Assembly (NCBI GenBank): GCA_051532035.1
Contig: JAOPTW010000063.1
Span: 10,174 to 74,173 of the forward strand
Direction: 5' to 3'
DNA length: 64,000 nucleotides
Source of the DNA: Fibrobacterales bacterium
GTDB taxonomy: Bacteria; Fibrobacterota; Fibrobacteria; Fibrobacterales; JAOPTW01
Positions 18,984 through 29,217 of the stretch are shown one piece after another. Position 1 is the stretch's first letter, and the number at the start of each line of letters is the position of its first letter. The notes below the pieces were generated by a model. That model had not been told where the DNA came from. It ran no database searches and saw nothing but the letters and a program-made list of their open reading frames with translations. The position numbers were made by a program, and so were the translations under genes.

Positions 18984-20075
18984 CTATCCATAAAGAGTAA
19001 CAAGTACCCTAAGATGATCTTGAGGTATTTGTGCATAAAAAGGGCGATTTTTACGTTCATACGCCACTTCATAGGCGCACCGTATGAGTGTAAAGTGATC
19101 AATTAATATTTTACTGACGGTAACATTATAGTCATTTAAAGTGTTGATATATGAGTCAACAAAAGTTCGTTTTAATTTCGGTATTGAAAAAGTGTTCTTT
19201 TTTAATGATTCAGCATAGTCCAAACTGCGTAAAAAGCAAGCAACATCGTATTCTCGCGGCATACAATGGTCCCGTGGGTCAATTGTGCCTGAGTGATGGT
19301 GTTTTTTGTCTGAAATCGGCTCTCCTTCAAAATCAATAATTATTGGCTGTAATGTCGCATCAACAAGGAGCTGGCCTAGGTGAAAATCACCGTGAATCAC
19401 TTGAGTCTCAACTTCTCCACCTAAAAAGGGGATTTTCTCTTTTCCTGCACTCAATAAAATTGCATTTACCTGCTTAATATAGGTATCTACAGGCTGAGTA
19501 TGGGTAGCAAAACTATGGTGGAGAATCAGGTGGAGATTGGCTAATTGCTCGGCTGTATTTTTAATAATCGTCCCAAGTGCTTTTTCTCCTTTTGAGCCAC
19601 TGAGAGTATCCCAGAAATCCCATCCAGAAACGCCCTCCCCATAACTCAATAGCAATCCATACAGCTCCTCTCCTAAGTGAAATGCCCCTTTTAAGGGTAC
19701 TATCCCCTTCTGGACTGAAAGAGCGGTATAGACCTCATACTCGCGCATGAGCCCCCCAGCAAAAGGTGACAGTTTTATAACGGTAGAATCATTCACTTTA
19801 AGGATTGGATTTGTTGAGTCTTCACTCAGGAGTTCAGCCTCAGTATAGCTCCCTACTGTTAGATGGGATACGAAATCCCCATGGGTAAAGGCCAATGTAT
19901 CATTTACGAGAGGCACGATATAGACTTCTGAATACTCCTCAAAATGGCATTCATAGCGCTGAACTTGAACCATCCCACACGAGGCTACGAGGGTTTGGGT
20001 TACTCCAATCAGGGGTACCCCTTTGCTCCGATACCATCGTTGTTTCTGTAAGGCCTCATGGTTCATAAATACCAA
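18984..20075 (-). CDS. Maltokinase-like phosphotransferase (Mak/Pep2 family)
   Basis: QRWYRSKG N-terminus, IHGDFHLGQLL, IIDFEGEP, DVACFLRSLDYA and YEVAYERKNRP; ATG at 20066 is an alternative start. Confidence 0.8.
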   Translation of the reverse strand: MVFMNHEALQKQRWYRSKGVPLIGVTQTLVASCGMVQVQRYECHFEEYSEVYIVPLVNDTLAFTHGDFVSHLTVGSYTEAELLSEDSTNPILKVNDSTVIKLSPFAGGLMREYEVYTALSVQKGIVPLKGAFHLGEELYGLLLSYGEGVSGWDFWDTLSGSKGEKALGTIIKNTAEQLANLHLILHHSFATHTQPVDTYIKQVNAILLSAGKEKIPFLGGEVETQVIHGDFHLGQLLVDATLQPIIIDFEGEPISDKKHHHSGTIDPRDHCMPREYDVACFLRSLDYAESLKKNTFSIPKLKRTFVDSYINTLNDYNVTVSKILIDHFTLIRCAYEVAYERKNRPFYAQIPQDHLRVLVTLYG

Positions 20076-20183
20076 AAAAATCTATCCTAATCACATAGAG
20101 AAAAAGTAATGATTAACGTTGATGAATAGAGCTAATTTTTTATGTTTAGTCTATAGACACCTTAAAAGATTCAGGAAACAGAT

Positions 20184-21509
20184 ATGTCCCCCAAAGCAAC
20201 TCTTTTAGTTTTCGCAATACCGCTTCTCCTTTCAGCAACTCTTTTTGCCGAAAAAAACTATGCGCGACAGAATCTCGATGGTAACTCTTTTAGAAAAAAA
20301 GATATTACTGATTTTAATTTTACTGAAGCCTCGTTGAAAAAAGCAAATTTTTCTAATGCGCGTGGTGAGGATGCTAACTTTGAAAAAGCTGATCTCACTG
20401 AAAGTAATTTCAGCAGTGTCTTTTTTCTTTCTCCGAATTTTGAAAAAGCGACTCTCACGAGTACAAAATTTAAACGCGCTGATATTCAAAGTGGAAATTT
20501 TGAAGGTGCCAATTTGCAACGCGCCAACTTTACCAACGCTATACTACTCAAATCTAATTTTGAAGATGCAAACCTCAAAGGTGCCCGCTTAAACGCAGCT
20601 AAGTTTGCAGGTGAGGCAAATTTTAGAGGTGCCAATCTTGAAGGTGTTACTTTCGGAGGTACAAAAAAACTAAGAAGTGACCTGACCGAGGCTGACTTTA
20701 GAGAAGCGAATCTTACCAATGTAAATCTTTCAAACTCAACAATGACTGGTGCAAATCTCTCTGAAGCAATTATTGTCGATGCGAACCTATCATATACTAA
20801 CATTATCAATGGTAACCTTGATGATATTGCTTTTAAGAATGTAAACCTTATGGGAGCAGGCCTCAGTAGAATTTCAATGGATGGTACCACCTTTACCAAT
20901 GTCAACCTGAAGTTTGCCGATCTCTCACTCAATAGTTTTGATGGAACCAATTTTAGTACTACAGAACTCGAAAGTGTGAAGTTTGCTCAATGTGGCTCTT
21001 TTGAAAATATTAACCTTAAAGAGAAAAAACTGAGCAAAACTGTCTGGGACGAAACTAAAATAAGTGATGTAGTATTTTCGGGTGCTGACCTTGAAAAGAG
21101 TTCATTCTTCCAAGCCACCATATCAGAAACACAATTTGTATCGGCGCGCCTCAAAAAAGCTGTTTTTGAAGATGCAATTGTTGAGTACTGTAATTTTAAG
21201 AACTCTGACTTGTCAAAAGCACGTCTTGTGAAAGCAAAAATGGAAAAAGTAATGTTTAGTAATGCCAACTTAACCAGTGTTAACTTTGCAGGTGCATCAA
21301 TCTATAAAGCTTCGTTTACCAATGCCAACCTTTCACGTGCAACATTTGATAACGCAACGCACATTCAACAGTGTAACTTCTCTGGTGCTGATCTAACACG
21401 TACTAAAGGTATTGAAGATGCGCAATTTACTGAATGCCTCTATGACGCAAACACGAAATTTCCTTCAGGATTTAATCCTAAAAAGCATGGTTTTGTAAAA
21501 AGAAATTAG
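20184..21509 (+). CDS. Exported pentapeptide-repeat protein
   Basis: Signal peptide, then continuous A(N/D)(L/F)xx repeats over most of 441 aa. Confidence 0.9.
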   Translation: MSPKATLLVFAIPLLLSATLFAEKNYARQNLDGNSFRKKDITDFNFTEASLKKANFSNARGEDANFEKADLTESNFSSVFFLSPNFEKATLTSTKFKRADIQSGNFEGANLQRANFTNAILLKSNFEDANLKGARLNAAKFAGEANFRGANLEGVTFGGTKKLRSDLTEADFREANLTNVNLSNSTMTGANLSEAIIVDANLSYTNIINGNLDDIAFKNVNLMGAGLSRISMDGTTFTNVNLKFADLSLNSFDGTNFSTTELESVKFAQCGSFENINLKEKKLSKTVWDETKISDVVFSGADLEKSSFFQATISETQFVSARLKKAVFEDAIVEYCNFKNSDLSKARLVKAKMEKVMFSNANLTSVNFAGASIYKASFTNANLSRATFDNATHIQQCNFSGADLTRTKGIEDAQFTECLYDANTKFPSGFNPKKHGFVKRN

Positions 21510-21515
21510 GGCTCT

Positions 21516-21710
21516 TTAGCCCTTAGCTTTACGACTTTTCTCTTTGATTGTCAGATAGATATAGGGGATAAACGTAAGTAAACCAAAAAATATCATTCCA
21601 AAGCTCAAAAGGGGTGATATTTCATTAGACTCCTCAACTACTTTCGTGGTATCTACTGTATCAGCAAAAAGTGTCAGTGTTGTGAGTAGGATTGTGAGAA
21701 TGAGTTTCAT
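21516..21710 (-). CDS. Small membrane protein
   Basis: Signal peptide, short acidic segment, one TM helix, basic tail. Confidence 0.55.
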   Translation of the reverse strand: MKLILTILLTTLTLFADTVDTTKVVEESNEISPLLSFGMIFFGLLTFIPYIYLTIKEKSRKAKG

Positions 21711-21769
21711 ATTATACCAGTTTTGCTACTTTTGACCAAATGTAATAAAACAAGTGGTAACGACAACGC

Positions 21770-22756
21770 ATGGATTCAATTCTTGAATATCTAACACATG
21801 TCCCTCACAAAAGAATCACTCGGGCCGTTGAAGAACTTATGCCTGCCCTTGAACAAAGAATCGCTATTGGCGATGGACCAAGCTGGAAACAAGCCTACGA
21901 AGCACTCCCCCCTATCGGCAAAGGCTCATTTACTATTGCTGGCGGTGCATTTTCAGTAGGTCATGAAACGGTAATCGATGATGCTCAACGCACTGCGCTT
22001 ATGGAGAGCCTCACCCAACTTATTCCCTGGCGCAAAGGGCCCTTTAACTTCTTTGGTACCCACATTGAAACAGAGTGGCGCTCGGACCTTAAATGGAATA
22101 GACTGAAAGACCACATACAAAACCTCAACCAAAAAATAGTACTCGATGTCGGCTGCAATAATGGTTATTATATGTACCGCATGCTTGAACAAGAGCCCAA
22201 GTTAGTTATTGGCATTGATCCTTCTGTGATCTGTTATTACCAATTCATAACGGCAAAACGCTATATTACTGCCCCAGCTCTTCACTACCTCCCCTGTAGA
22301 CTTGAACAGTTAGATGGATTTAAAGGGTGTTTTGACACGATTTTCACCATGGGTATTATGTATCACAGAAAATCCCCTTTGGAATACCTAAAACAGACTC
22401 ATGACCTATTGAAAGTGGGTGGTGAAGCGGTGATTGAGACCATTACCATTCCAGGTGATGAATTTTATTCACTCTGCCCTGAAGACCGCTATGCACAGAT
22501 GCGTAATGTCTATTTTTTACCCACAGTACCGTTACTAGTGAGCTGGATAAAAAAATGTGGCTTTGTTGATATCACAGTTGTTGATACGAGTCCTACAACC
22601 TTTGAGGAACAGAAAAATTCGCCTTGGGTGGAAGGAAAGTCATTAGAAGATTTTCTTGACCCTAACGACCCCACTCGTACTATTGAAGGCTACCCTGCCC
22701 CCAATCGCACTACTATAGTCGCCCATAGACGACCTAAGCAAAAATTTAGTTACTAA
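21770..22756 (+). CDS. cmoB: tRNA U34 carboxymethyltransferase
   Basis: PWRKGPF, TEWRSDLKW, LDVGCNNGYY, MGIMYHR, RYAQMRNVYFLP and TIEGYPAP. Confidence 0.95.
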   Translation: MDSILEYLTHVPHKRITRAVEELMPALEQRIAIGDGPSWKQAYEALPPIGKGSFTIAGGAFSVGHETVIDDAQRTALMESLTQLIPWRKGPFNFFGTHIETEWRSDLKWNRLKDHIQNLNQKIVLDVGCNNGYYMYRMLEQEPKLVIGIDPSVICYYQFITAKRYITAPALHYLPCRLEQLDGFKGCFDTIFTMGIMYHRKSPLEYLKQTHDLLKVGGEAVIETITIPGDEFYSLCPEDRYAQMRNVYFLPTVPLLVSWIKKCGFVDITVVDTSPTTFEEQKNSPWVEGKSLEDFLDPNDPTRTIEGYPAPNRTTIVAHRRPKQKFSY

Positions 22757-22771
22757 TTTTAGATACTGATA

Positions 22772-23173
22772 CTAGCCACGAAGGGTAGCAAGAAGTTCTT
22801 TCAACTTATTTTTCAGTAATGGATGAGTACTTTTTTGTTCAAACTCAAGTTGAGTTTGCATAGGAGATTCAGTGCCGTAGGTCATCGACTTGAGCATTTC
22901 TTCAAGTTTCGATTTCTTAGTCTGATTTAAGATGTTTCTTATTTCGTCATCATCAAGATTACGGGTATACACTAAAAACTTAATATATTGTACCAGTTGA
23001 AAGTCTTGAATGGCATAGGTTCTATTCCCTGCTCTATTCCGAGGAGGATTGAGTTGAGGAAATTTTTCTTCCCAATACCTTACTGTAGAAGCCTCGAGTC
23101 CCGAAACGCTACACACTTCCGAAATGGAGTAATACTTTTTAATATCGCGTTCACCACCATATTTAATTGCCAT
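22772..23173 (-). CDS. MerR-family HTH transcriptional regulator
   Basis: YYSISEV...TVRYWEEKFPQLNPPRNRAGNRTY. Confidence 0.85.
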   Translation of the reverse strand: MAIKYGGERDIKKYYSISEVCSVSGLEASTVRYWEEKFPQLNPPRNRAGNRTYAIQDFQLVQYIKFLVYTRNLDDDEIRNILNQTKKSKLEEMLKSMTYGTESPMQTQLEFEQKSTHPLLKNKLKELLATLRG

Positions 23174-24177
23174 TAAATCCCCTCTGCTTTTAGCTCCCGA
23201 CGCATCAAATCTTTGATTGCCTCTTTGGGATCTTTTCCATTGTAGAGTATTTCATAAACTGCATTTGATATGGGCATATCAATATCATACTTCTTCGACA
23301 TTTGCCAAGTACTGAGAGTAGCCGGTACTCCTTCAGCGACCATGGTCATTTCACTGAGTATGTCATCGATACTTTTGCCAAGCCCGATATGTTCACCAAC
23401 ATGTCGGTTTCTTGAATGAGAACTCGTACAGGTAGTAATGAGGTCTCCCATTCCAGCAAGGCCAGAAAATGTTCTGAGTTGACCACCCATACGCTCACCT
23501 AAACGGCTAATTTCTGCAAGGCCTCTTGTAATAAGAGCCCCTTTGGGATTATCCCCAAAACCCATTCCATCTAAAATTCCAGTGGCAATGGCAATAACAT
23601 TTTTGAGTGATCCACAGAGCTCTACCCCCATAACATCATCTGATTGATAGACTCTAAAATATTCATTAGAAAATGCTTTTTGTAAGATCTCTGCCTGAGT
23701 AAGGTACTGCCCCGCAATAACTACAGCTGTAGGCATATGGCGTGCAACCTCTTCGGCGTGAGAAGGTCCAGAAAGAACCAATACATTTTCTGGTGTTGCT
23801 TTATCAATTTGAGAGATAATGATCTCACTCACTCTCATAAATGACTCTTTCTCTATCCCTTTTATAAGTGAGAGATACAGAGTGTGGGCTGGTATTGTAC
23901 AGCCATTTACTTGAGCCGCAACTGATCGGACATGAATAGAAGGCACTGCAAATACAATGGTATCGGTCCCCGCAATCATCTCTTGTAAGTCTGTCGAGAT
24001 AATACAACTATCAGGAATTTTAATCCCTGGAAGGCGTACTACATGTTCTCTCTTTTCAGTCAACTCCGCAGCTTCTTCTGCAGAGTATGTCCAAAATCGT
24101 ACTTCGTGACCGTTTTCTGAGAGGAGCTTACCTATTGTGAGGCCCCAACTACCAGTACCTAATACGGTAAATATCAT
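23173..24177 (-). CDS. gpsA: NAD(P)H-dependent glycerol-3-phosphate dehydrogenase
   Basis: GTGSWG, LSGPSHAEEV, GSLKNVIAIA and GLAGMGDLITTCTSSHSRN. Confidence 0.96.
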   Translation of the reverse strand: MIFTVLGTGSWGLTIGKLLSENGHEVRFWTYSAEEAAELTEKREHVVRLPGIKIPDSCIISTDLQEMIAGTDTIVFAVPSIHVRSVAAQVNGCTIPAHTLYLSLIKGIEKESFMRVSEIIISQIDKATPENVLVLSGPSHAEEVARHMPTAVVIAGQYLTQAEILQKAFSNEYFRVYQSDDVMGVELCGSLKNVIAIATGILDGMGFGDNPKGALITRGLAEISRLGERMGGQLRTFSGLAGMGDLITTCTSSHSRNRHVGEHIGLGKSIDDILSEMTMVAEGVPATLSTWQMSKKYDIDMPISNAVYEILYNGKDPKEAIKDLMRRELKAEGI

Positions 24178-24794
24178 TCTTCTTCCTTAGCTTTTCCAAA
24201 TCTATTTTCAGTACCATTGATAAGGCGCTGAATATTCGCTTTATGTTTAATAGTAACAAATGCTGCTATGATCCAGCCAAGAATCATAGTTTCTAGAGCA
24301 ATATCTCGCCCTGGAGTGATAAAAGAAACGGTAAGTCCAGCGGCCAATACAATTGAAGCAACAATGGATGCCAATGAAACATAACGCGTCACATAAGTGA
24401 TTACAGCCCATGTTGCAAAAGCAACTAATGCTTCTTGGTGCGCTAAAAACATAAAGACTCCAAGTGCTGTCAGTACCCCCTTGCCCCCTTTGAATTTAGC
24501 AAAGCAGGTAAATGAGTGACCAAGTACCGCAACAAGACCTGCTGCAATGGGAAGCCAACCAATTTCTGGTGCTAATAAGGTTGCAATAAAAGGAGCAATA
24601 ATACCTTTTCCAAGGTCTAATATTACTACAGGAAGTGCAGGCTTCCACCCTAACACTCTATATGTATTAGTGAGCCCTGCATTTTTGGATCCATGTTCAC
24701 GGATATCTATTCCTGCAAAATATTTTGCCGACCAAACAGCTGATGGGATTGACCCAAGGACATATGCGATAAGTATACTAGCGGTAATTTCCAA
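24174..24794 (-). CDS. plsY: Glycerol-3-phosphate acyltransferase
   Basis: YVLGSIP, DIREHGSKNAGLTN, FKGGKGV and HKANIQRLINGTE. Confidence 0.96.
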   Translation of the reverse strand: MEITASILIAYVLGSIPSAVWSAKYFAGIDIREHGSKNAGLTNTYRVLGWKPALPVVILDLGKGIIAPFIATLLAPEIGWLPIAAGLVAVLGHSFTCFAKFKGGKGVLTALGVFMFLAHQEALVAFATWAVITYVTRYVSLASIVASIVLAAGLTVSFITPGRDIALETMILGWIIAAFVTIKHKANIQRLINGTENRFGKAKEEE

Positions 24795-26133
24795 GATCTT
24801 CGTCCGTCCTTAAGTCAAGTGCTTCGTCAAAATTTAATCGAAGGGGTGCACCTATCATATTAAACCTTTTATGGAGTCTTCGTAAAAAATAACGTTTCCA
24901 ACTCTCATCGACAAGGTCTGGATGGTTAGATTCTATAGTAACTACAGGAGGATTCACCATAATTTGGCAGACCCGAGTCATAGTAATGATTTTAGAAACA
25001 CGCGCTGGATGAGGATTATCACGAACAGCACTTTCAAACTCTTTGATCAGTGCATCTCTACCCAGTACTTTATAACAGTTCTCATAGACCTGATCAATGG
25101 TTTCCATGAGTTTACCAACACGTAGACCTTCAAGGGCTGACATAGCAATAATCGGTAAATATTTTAGGCTTGCATCTCTGTGATAGAGCTCTTTTTTAAA
25201 GGTATCTAATGTATTGGACTCTTTCTCATAAAGATCCCATTTATTGATAACAAGAATAATACCTTTTGCCGAGTGTTTAATCTGGTCAATGATTCTGTAA
25301 TCTTGTATTCCAAGCCCTCGATTAACATCAAACATAAGAACAACGACGTCAGATCTCTTAATAGATTGAAGAGAGCGCATATTTGAAAAGTATTCAACCT
25401 CTTCTGAAACGCGAGCTTTTTTTCTTAACCCTGCAGTATCGGTAATGAGATAGTTCTTGCCATCAATTTTAAGGTGGCAATCGATTGAATCACGAGTAGT
25501 ACCAGCAACACTAGAGGTAATCATACGCTCTTCTCTTAAAAGTCTATTAAGAAGAGTAGATTTACCGGCATTGGGTCTACCTAAAATCGCGATTTTCGTA
25601 ATCTGCTCTTCACTTTCTTTAATCACTTTTCTAGGAATTTTTTCAATTGCTATTGTAAGAAAAGAGTTAAATGCATATCCCGTTAGTGCAGAAATTGAGT
25701 ATGGTTCACCAAACCCAAGTTTGTAAAAGCTCTGTACTTCCATACGATCTTCAAGTTCTTCATTTTTATTACAGACAAGGAGTACTTGTTTTTGGTTCTT
25801 GTGAATGAGGTCAGCGAAGAGTTGATCTTGTTTTGTGACACCGACACGACCGTCCACAACAAATATTACAAGATCTGCAGAAGTAACTGCAGTGATAATT
25901 TGCTCTCTGACAGAGTCTGCCATCTCGTCAATACTATCATCTGTGATAAAACCACCAGTATCAACCAAATTAAAGGGAACCTGGTTCCAGGTTGCTACTT
26001 GATAATGTCGATCTCGGGTTACCCCTTCACGGTCAGACACAACAGCAGCACGTCGACCAACAATGCGATTAAATATAGATGACTTACCAACGTTGGGGCG
26101 ACCAACAATTGCAATGGTAGGATAATGTTTCAT
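24778..26133 (-). CDS. der: Ribosome biogenesis GTPase Der
   Basis: Two GTPase domains: GRPNVGKS/GVTRD/DTGG and GRPNAGKS/GTTRD/DTAG. Confidence 0.97.
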   Translation of the reverse strand: MKHYPTIAIVGRPNVGKSSIFNRIVGRRAAVVSDREGVTRDRHYQVATWNQVPFNLVDTGGFITDDSIDEMADSVREQIITAVTSADLVIFVVDGRVGVTKQDQLFADLIHKNQKQVLLVCNKNEELEDRMEVQSFYKLGFGEPYSISALTGYAFNSFLTIAIEKIPRKVIKESEEQITKIAILGRPNAGKSTLLNRLLREERMITSSVAGTTRDSIDCHLKIDGKNYLITDTAGLRKKARVSEEVEYFSNMRSLQSIKRSDVVVLMFDVNRGLGIQDYRIIDQIKHSAKGIILVINKWDLYEKESNTLDTFKKELYHRDASLKYLPIIAMSALEGLRVGKLMETIDQVYENCYKVLGRDALIKEFESAVRDNPHPARVSKIITMTRVCQIMVNPPVVTIESNHPDLVDESWKRYFLRRLHKRFNMIGAPLRLNFDEALDLRTDEDLGNYR

Positions 26134-26146
26134 GGTGTTGAATTAA

Positions 26147-26482
26147 TTACAGGGCAGCGACCTCAGTAAAGCTCTCTTCGATACATTTCTCGAGCTCTTT
26201 ACTCCGGGTGTCAGCTTCGGACATATTCATTTCGGTAGATCCGATTTTTTCAATCTCGTAAGCAATTTTAGCTGCTTCTACAAATCGAAGATTCGCCAAG
26301 GCACCTTTCATAGAATGTGAATGCTCTCGTACCGCTGAATAATCAGCCTGTACAATTGCATCATTGAGTAGTGGGATAGATTCCCCAATAAATTCTTTAA
26401 GATCTTGTACAAAATCGACAAAATCTTCCATTTCGAGACCCAATTCTTCTAATGCCTGATCTACTGCTACGAGCTGACCCAT
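26147..26482 (-). CDS. Stand-alone HPt (histidine phosphotransfer) protein
   Basis: HSHSMKGALANL HPt motif in a 111 aa helical protein; AAGGA RBS. Confidence 0.85.
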   Translation of the reverse strand: MGQLVAVDQALEELGLEMEDFVDFVQDLKEFIGESIPLLNDAIVQADYSAVREHSHSMKGALANLRFVEAAKIAYEIEKIGSTEMNMSEADTRSKELEKCIEESFTEVAAL

Positions 26483-26573
26483 TATTATTCCTTTTGAATT
26501 GTATTATACCAAATGTATAAATTTTCTATTTCATTATACTCTATTATAATAATTATCCCATTAATAATGCCAG

Positions 26574-26789
26574 TTATTCCTGCTTTTTTTCACTCTTTTT
26601 TGCCACGACAAGCCCAATAAGAAGCACCCCAAAAAGAACCCAACTGACCCCATTAAGATAATATACTGCCTCACTGGCACTCTCTTCAAGTTTTCGAGCA
26701 AAGAGCTGACATGTCGTGATAATGATAACCACCAAAAAGAGCACTTGTCTAATTTTGGATATGCCTTTTAATTGGGGAAGTATACGCAT
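26574..26789 (-). CDS. Small two-TM membrane protein
   Basis: AGAGG RBS directly after the prenyltransferase gene; two hydrophobic segments. Confidence 0.55.
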   Translation of the reverse strand: MRILPQLKGISKIRQVLFLVVIIITTCQLFARKLEESASEAVYYLNGVSWVLFGVLLIGLVVAKKSEKKQE

Positions 26790-26797
26790 AAAGCCTC

Positions 26798-27646
26798 TTA
26801 GATATAAGTTGATACCATAAGTGCACCCATAATAAGAACACTTATTGCTGCATTTGCTTTAAAAAAAGCACTATTGAGTGAGTCGAGTGATCGCCCCGCT
26901 TTACCCACATGAAGGTAGAGGAGGATGAAGCCCGTAACTCCACAAGTAACTCCCCAATAGACATTCGGAAGTCTTAAAAAATAGAGATACATCATGAGAG
27001 AAAACATGACCAAATGGAGGAACTTTGCAAAAATAAGCGCCCCTTGAGCCCCAAAAAAAGTAACCGCTGAATGCAGCCCCAATGTGGTATCAGCTTCTTC
27101 ATCTTGAGTGGCATAAATAATGTCAAATCCCGAAATCCAAAATGTAAGAATGAGCCCAAGTATTATTGGAAAAAGAGCAATCTCACCTCGTACTCCAATC
27201 CACACCCCCAAGGGTGAAAGACCAATCGCAAGACCTAAAAATATGTGACAGAGCCAACTAAACCTCTTCCAAAAAGAGTAAGAGAGTAGAAAAACGAGTA
27301 AGGGGGCAGAAAACATTAGCGCCATCTTGTTGAGCATACCGGCACTGACCATAAAAACAATACAATTGAGCACAATAAAAACTGTAGCTTGTATGGGAGA
27401 GATAAGGCCTGCAGGTATATGCCTCTCCGCAGTGCGTGGATTTTTTGCATCAAATCGAGCATCAATCAAACGGTTGAATGCCATTGCAGCATTTCGTGCA
27501 GTAACCATGCAAACGAGAACCCATATGAGAAGCCATGGATCAAGGACACCCTCCGTCGCTATTACGAACGTCCCTAATGCAAAAGGGAGCGCAAAGATGG
27601 TGTGAGAAAATTTAACGAGTTCTAAATACTGAAGAAGTTTTGCCAT
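26798..27646 (-). CDS. UbiA-family prenyltransferase (MqnP-like)
   Basis: KFSHTIFALPFA, AMAFNRLIDARFDAKNPRTAERHIP and GFDIIYATQD. Confidence 0.88.
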   Translation of the reverse strand: MAKLLQYLELVKFSHTIFALPFALGTFVIATEGVLDPWLLIWVLVCMVTARNAAMAFNRLIDARFDAKNPRTAERHIPAGLISPIQATVFIVLNCIVFMVSAGMLNKMALMFSAPLLVFLLSYSFWKRFSWLCHIFLGLAIGLSPLGVWIGVRGEIALFPIILGLILTFWISGFDIIYATQDEEADTTLGLHSAVTFFGAQGALIFAKFLHLVMFSLMMYLYFLRLPNVYWGVTCGVTGFILLYLHVGKAGRSLDSLNSAFFKANAAISVLIMGALMVSTYI

Positions 27647-27648
27647 TA

Positions 27649-28209
27649 TTACTCACTCCCCCATGCCGGAAAAACCGTATGGGGGAGTTCTAGAAGGTCG
27701 AGTACTTTTGCAACAACCGTATCAACAACTTCTTCTATTGACTCAGGATGAAAATAGAAATGAGGACTGGTTGGAGCAATAATTCCCCCTGCTGTCATAA
27801 TTTTTTTCATATTATCAAGATGAATGGTATTAAAGGGCATCTCACGTGGGCACACTATCAGTGGCTTACGCTCTTTTAAACAGACATCAGCAGCACGCAC
27901 CAACAAGTTATTTGAAGTACCCCCGGCAATGTTACCAATAGTCCCCACCGAACACGGAAGAATTACCATTGCCGCAATATTTGCAGTACCGCTGGCAGGC
28001 GCAGAAAACATGTTATCAATAGCATGCTCTTTGAGCCCCTGCTCTTTAATCCACCGCTCTTTCTCAAAATCTATAACTTTGGCACCGTTTGAGGATATAA
28101 CGAGCTCTACAGAGTGATTTAAACTCATCAGATGGTAGATCAACCGACGAGCGTAGATAGCGCCACTTGCGCCAGTTATACCGACTAAAATTGTTCCATT
28201 ATCTCTCAT
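27649..28209 (-). CDS. ubiX: Flavin prenyltransferase
   Basis: GITGASGAIY, ASG, PCSVGT, RAADVCLKERKPL and PREMP. Confidence 0.93.
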   Translation of the reverse strand: MRDNGTILVGITGASGAIYARRLIYHLMSLNHSVELVISSNGAKVIDFEKERWIKEQGLKEHAIDNMFSAPASGTANIAAMVILPCSVGTIGNIAGGTSNNLLVRAADVCLKERKPLIVCPREMPFNTIHLDNMKKIMTAGGIIAPTSPHFYFHPESIEEVVDTVVAKVLDLLELPHTVFPAWGSE

Positions 28210-28882
28210 TGCTTCCCTTTTGAAGATAGACAATATGTGCTATGCCGCCATCACAGGGTACTACACTCTTCACAATAAAACCATGGGCCTGACACTGCTT
28301 TGTATATTCTTCGACTGTAACAAATGCATGAATAGAGTTTACCAAATATTTATATGCAGGAGCATCCTTTTTGAACAACAATGATGGCAGTGGTAGCACC
28401 ACAGGAGCCACATAACGATAAAACACCTTTGGAAAGCAGTGTGACGGCTTAAAAAACTCAAGAGTTAAGAATTCACCTTCATCTTTTAATACCCGATGGA
28501 TTTCGGTTAACCCTAGAGAGAGGTCATCAAGGTTCCTCATCCCAAATCCATTGAGCACCAAGTCAAACATACCCGATTTTAGCGGTAAATTAAGAGCGTC
28601 GAGCTGAACAGCTCTCGACTGCTCCTTTTTTTGAGCATGAGAGAGCATGTTAAATGAAAAATCTCCCAAAACCCGAGCGCCAATTTCAATATGCTCGGAG
28701 CACTTTTCCATAAAATCACCGGTACCACCACAAAGGTCAAGAACCGTAAGAGGAGTATCTGCCTTGATCAGCCGGACAGCTTTTTTTCTCCATCGCACGT
28801 CACGACCCGCTGTAAGAATTCTATTCATTACATCGTAGTAGGTTGATATCCCGTCAAACATATTTTTGACTACTGGACTCAT
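28199..28882 (-). CDS. ubiE: UbiE/MenG quinone C-methyltransferase
   Basis: MFDGISTYYDVMN, LDLCGGTGD, GFGMRN and YKYLVNSI. Confidence 0.88.
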   Translation of the reverse strand: MSPVVKNMFDGISTYYDVMNRILTAGRDVRWRKKAVRLIKADTPLTVLDLCGGTGDFMEKCSEHIEIGARVLGDFSFNMLSHAQKKEQSRAVQLDALNLPLKSGMFDLVLNGFGMRNLDDLSLGLTEIHRVLKDEGEFLTLEFFKPSHCFPKVFYRYVAPVVLPLPSLLFKKDAPAYKYLVNSIHAFVTVEEYTKQCQAHGFIVKSVVPCDGGIAHIVYLQKGSNER

Positions 28883-29011
28883 ATAGATCTATTCCTCATT
28901 ATCTGCACACTTCATTTTGAAAAGTATTGTGGATAAAAACTCTCTCCACCTCTCTATTTATGGTAAGAAGATAAAAAAATTAAATATTTCACACATTAAT
29001 TATAATTTTTA

Positions 29012-29039
29012 TTGACATAAATCATCAATAACTTATAAT
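29012..29039 (+). promoter_or_regulatory. Sigma70-type promoter of tRNA-Phe
   Basis: TTGACA (29012-29017), 16 bp spacer, TATAAT (29034-29039), 13 bp upstream of the tRNA. Confidence 0.85.
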
Positions 29040-29051
29040 TGCTTTCGCTAA

Positions 29052-29125
<74 letters not shown>

Positions 29126-29126
29126 T

Positions 29127-29174
29127 TACAAACAAAAAAAGCTCATCCATCAGGATGGGCTTTTTTTGTTTGTA
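29127..29174 (+). terminator. tRNA terminator (extended inverted repeat)
   Basis: tacaaacaaaaaaagctcatcc-atca-ggatgggctttttttgtttgta. Confidence 0.85.
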
Positions 29175-29217
29175 CAGGTTTTGCGTATAAGCAGAGATGC
29201 TGTGCAGTTCATATAAT

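Noticed and set aside
28928..28936. Perfect DnaA box (TGTGGATAA) in the AT-rich gap before tRNA-Phe, as a possible oriC
   Set aside because: Only one clear box and no dnaA/dnaN context.
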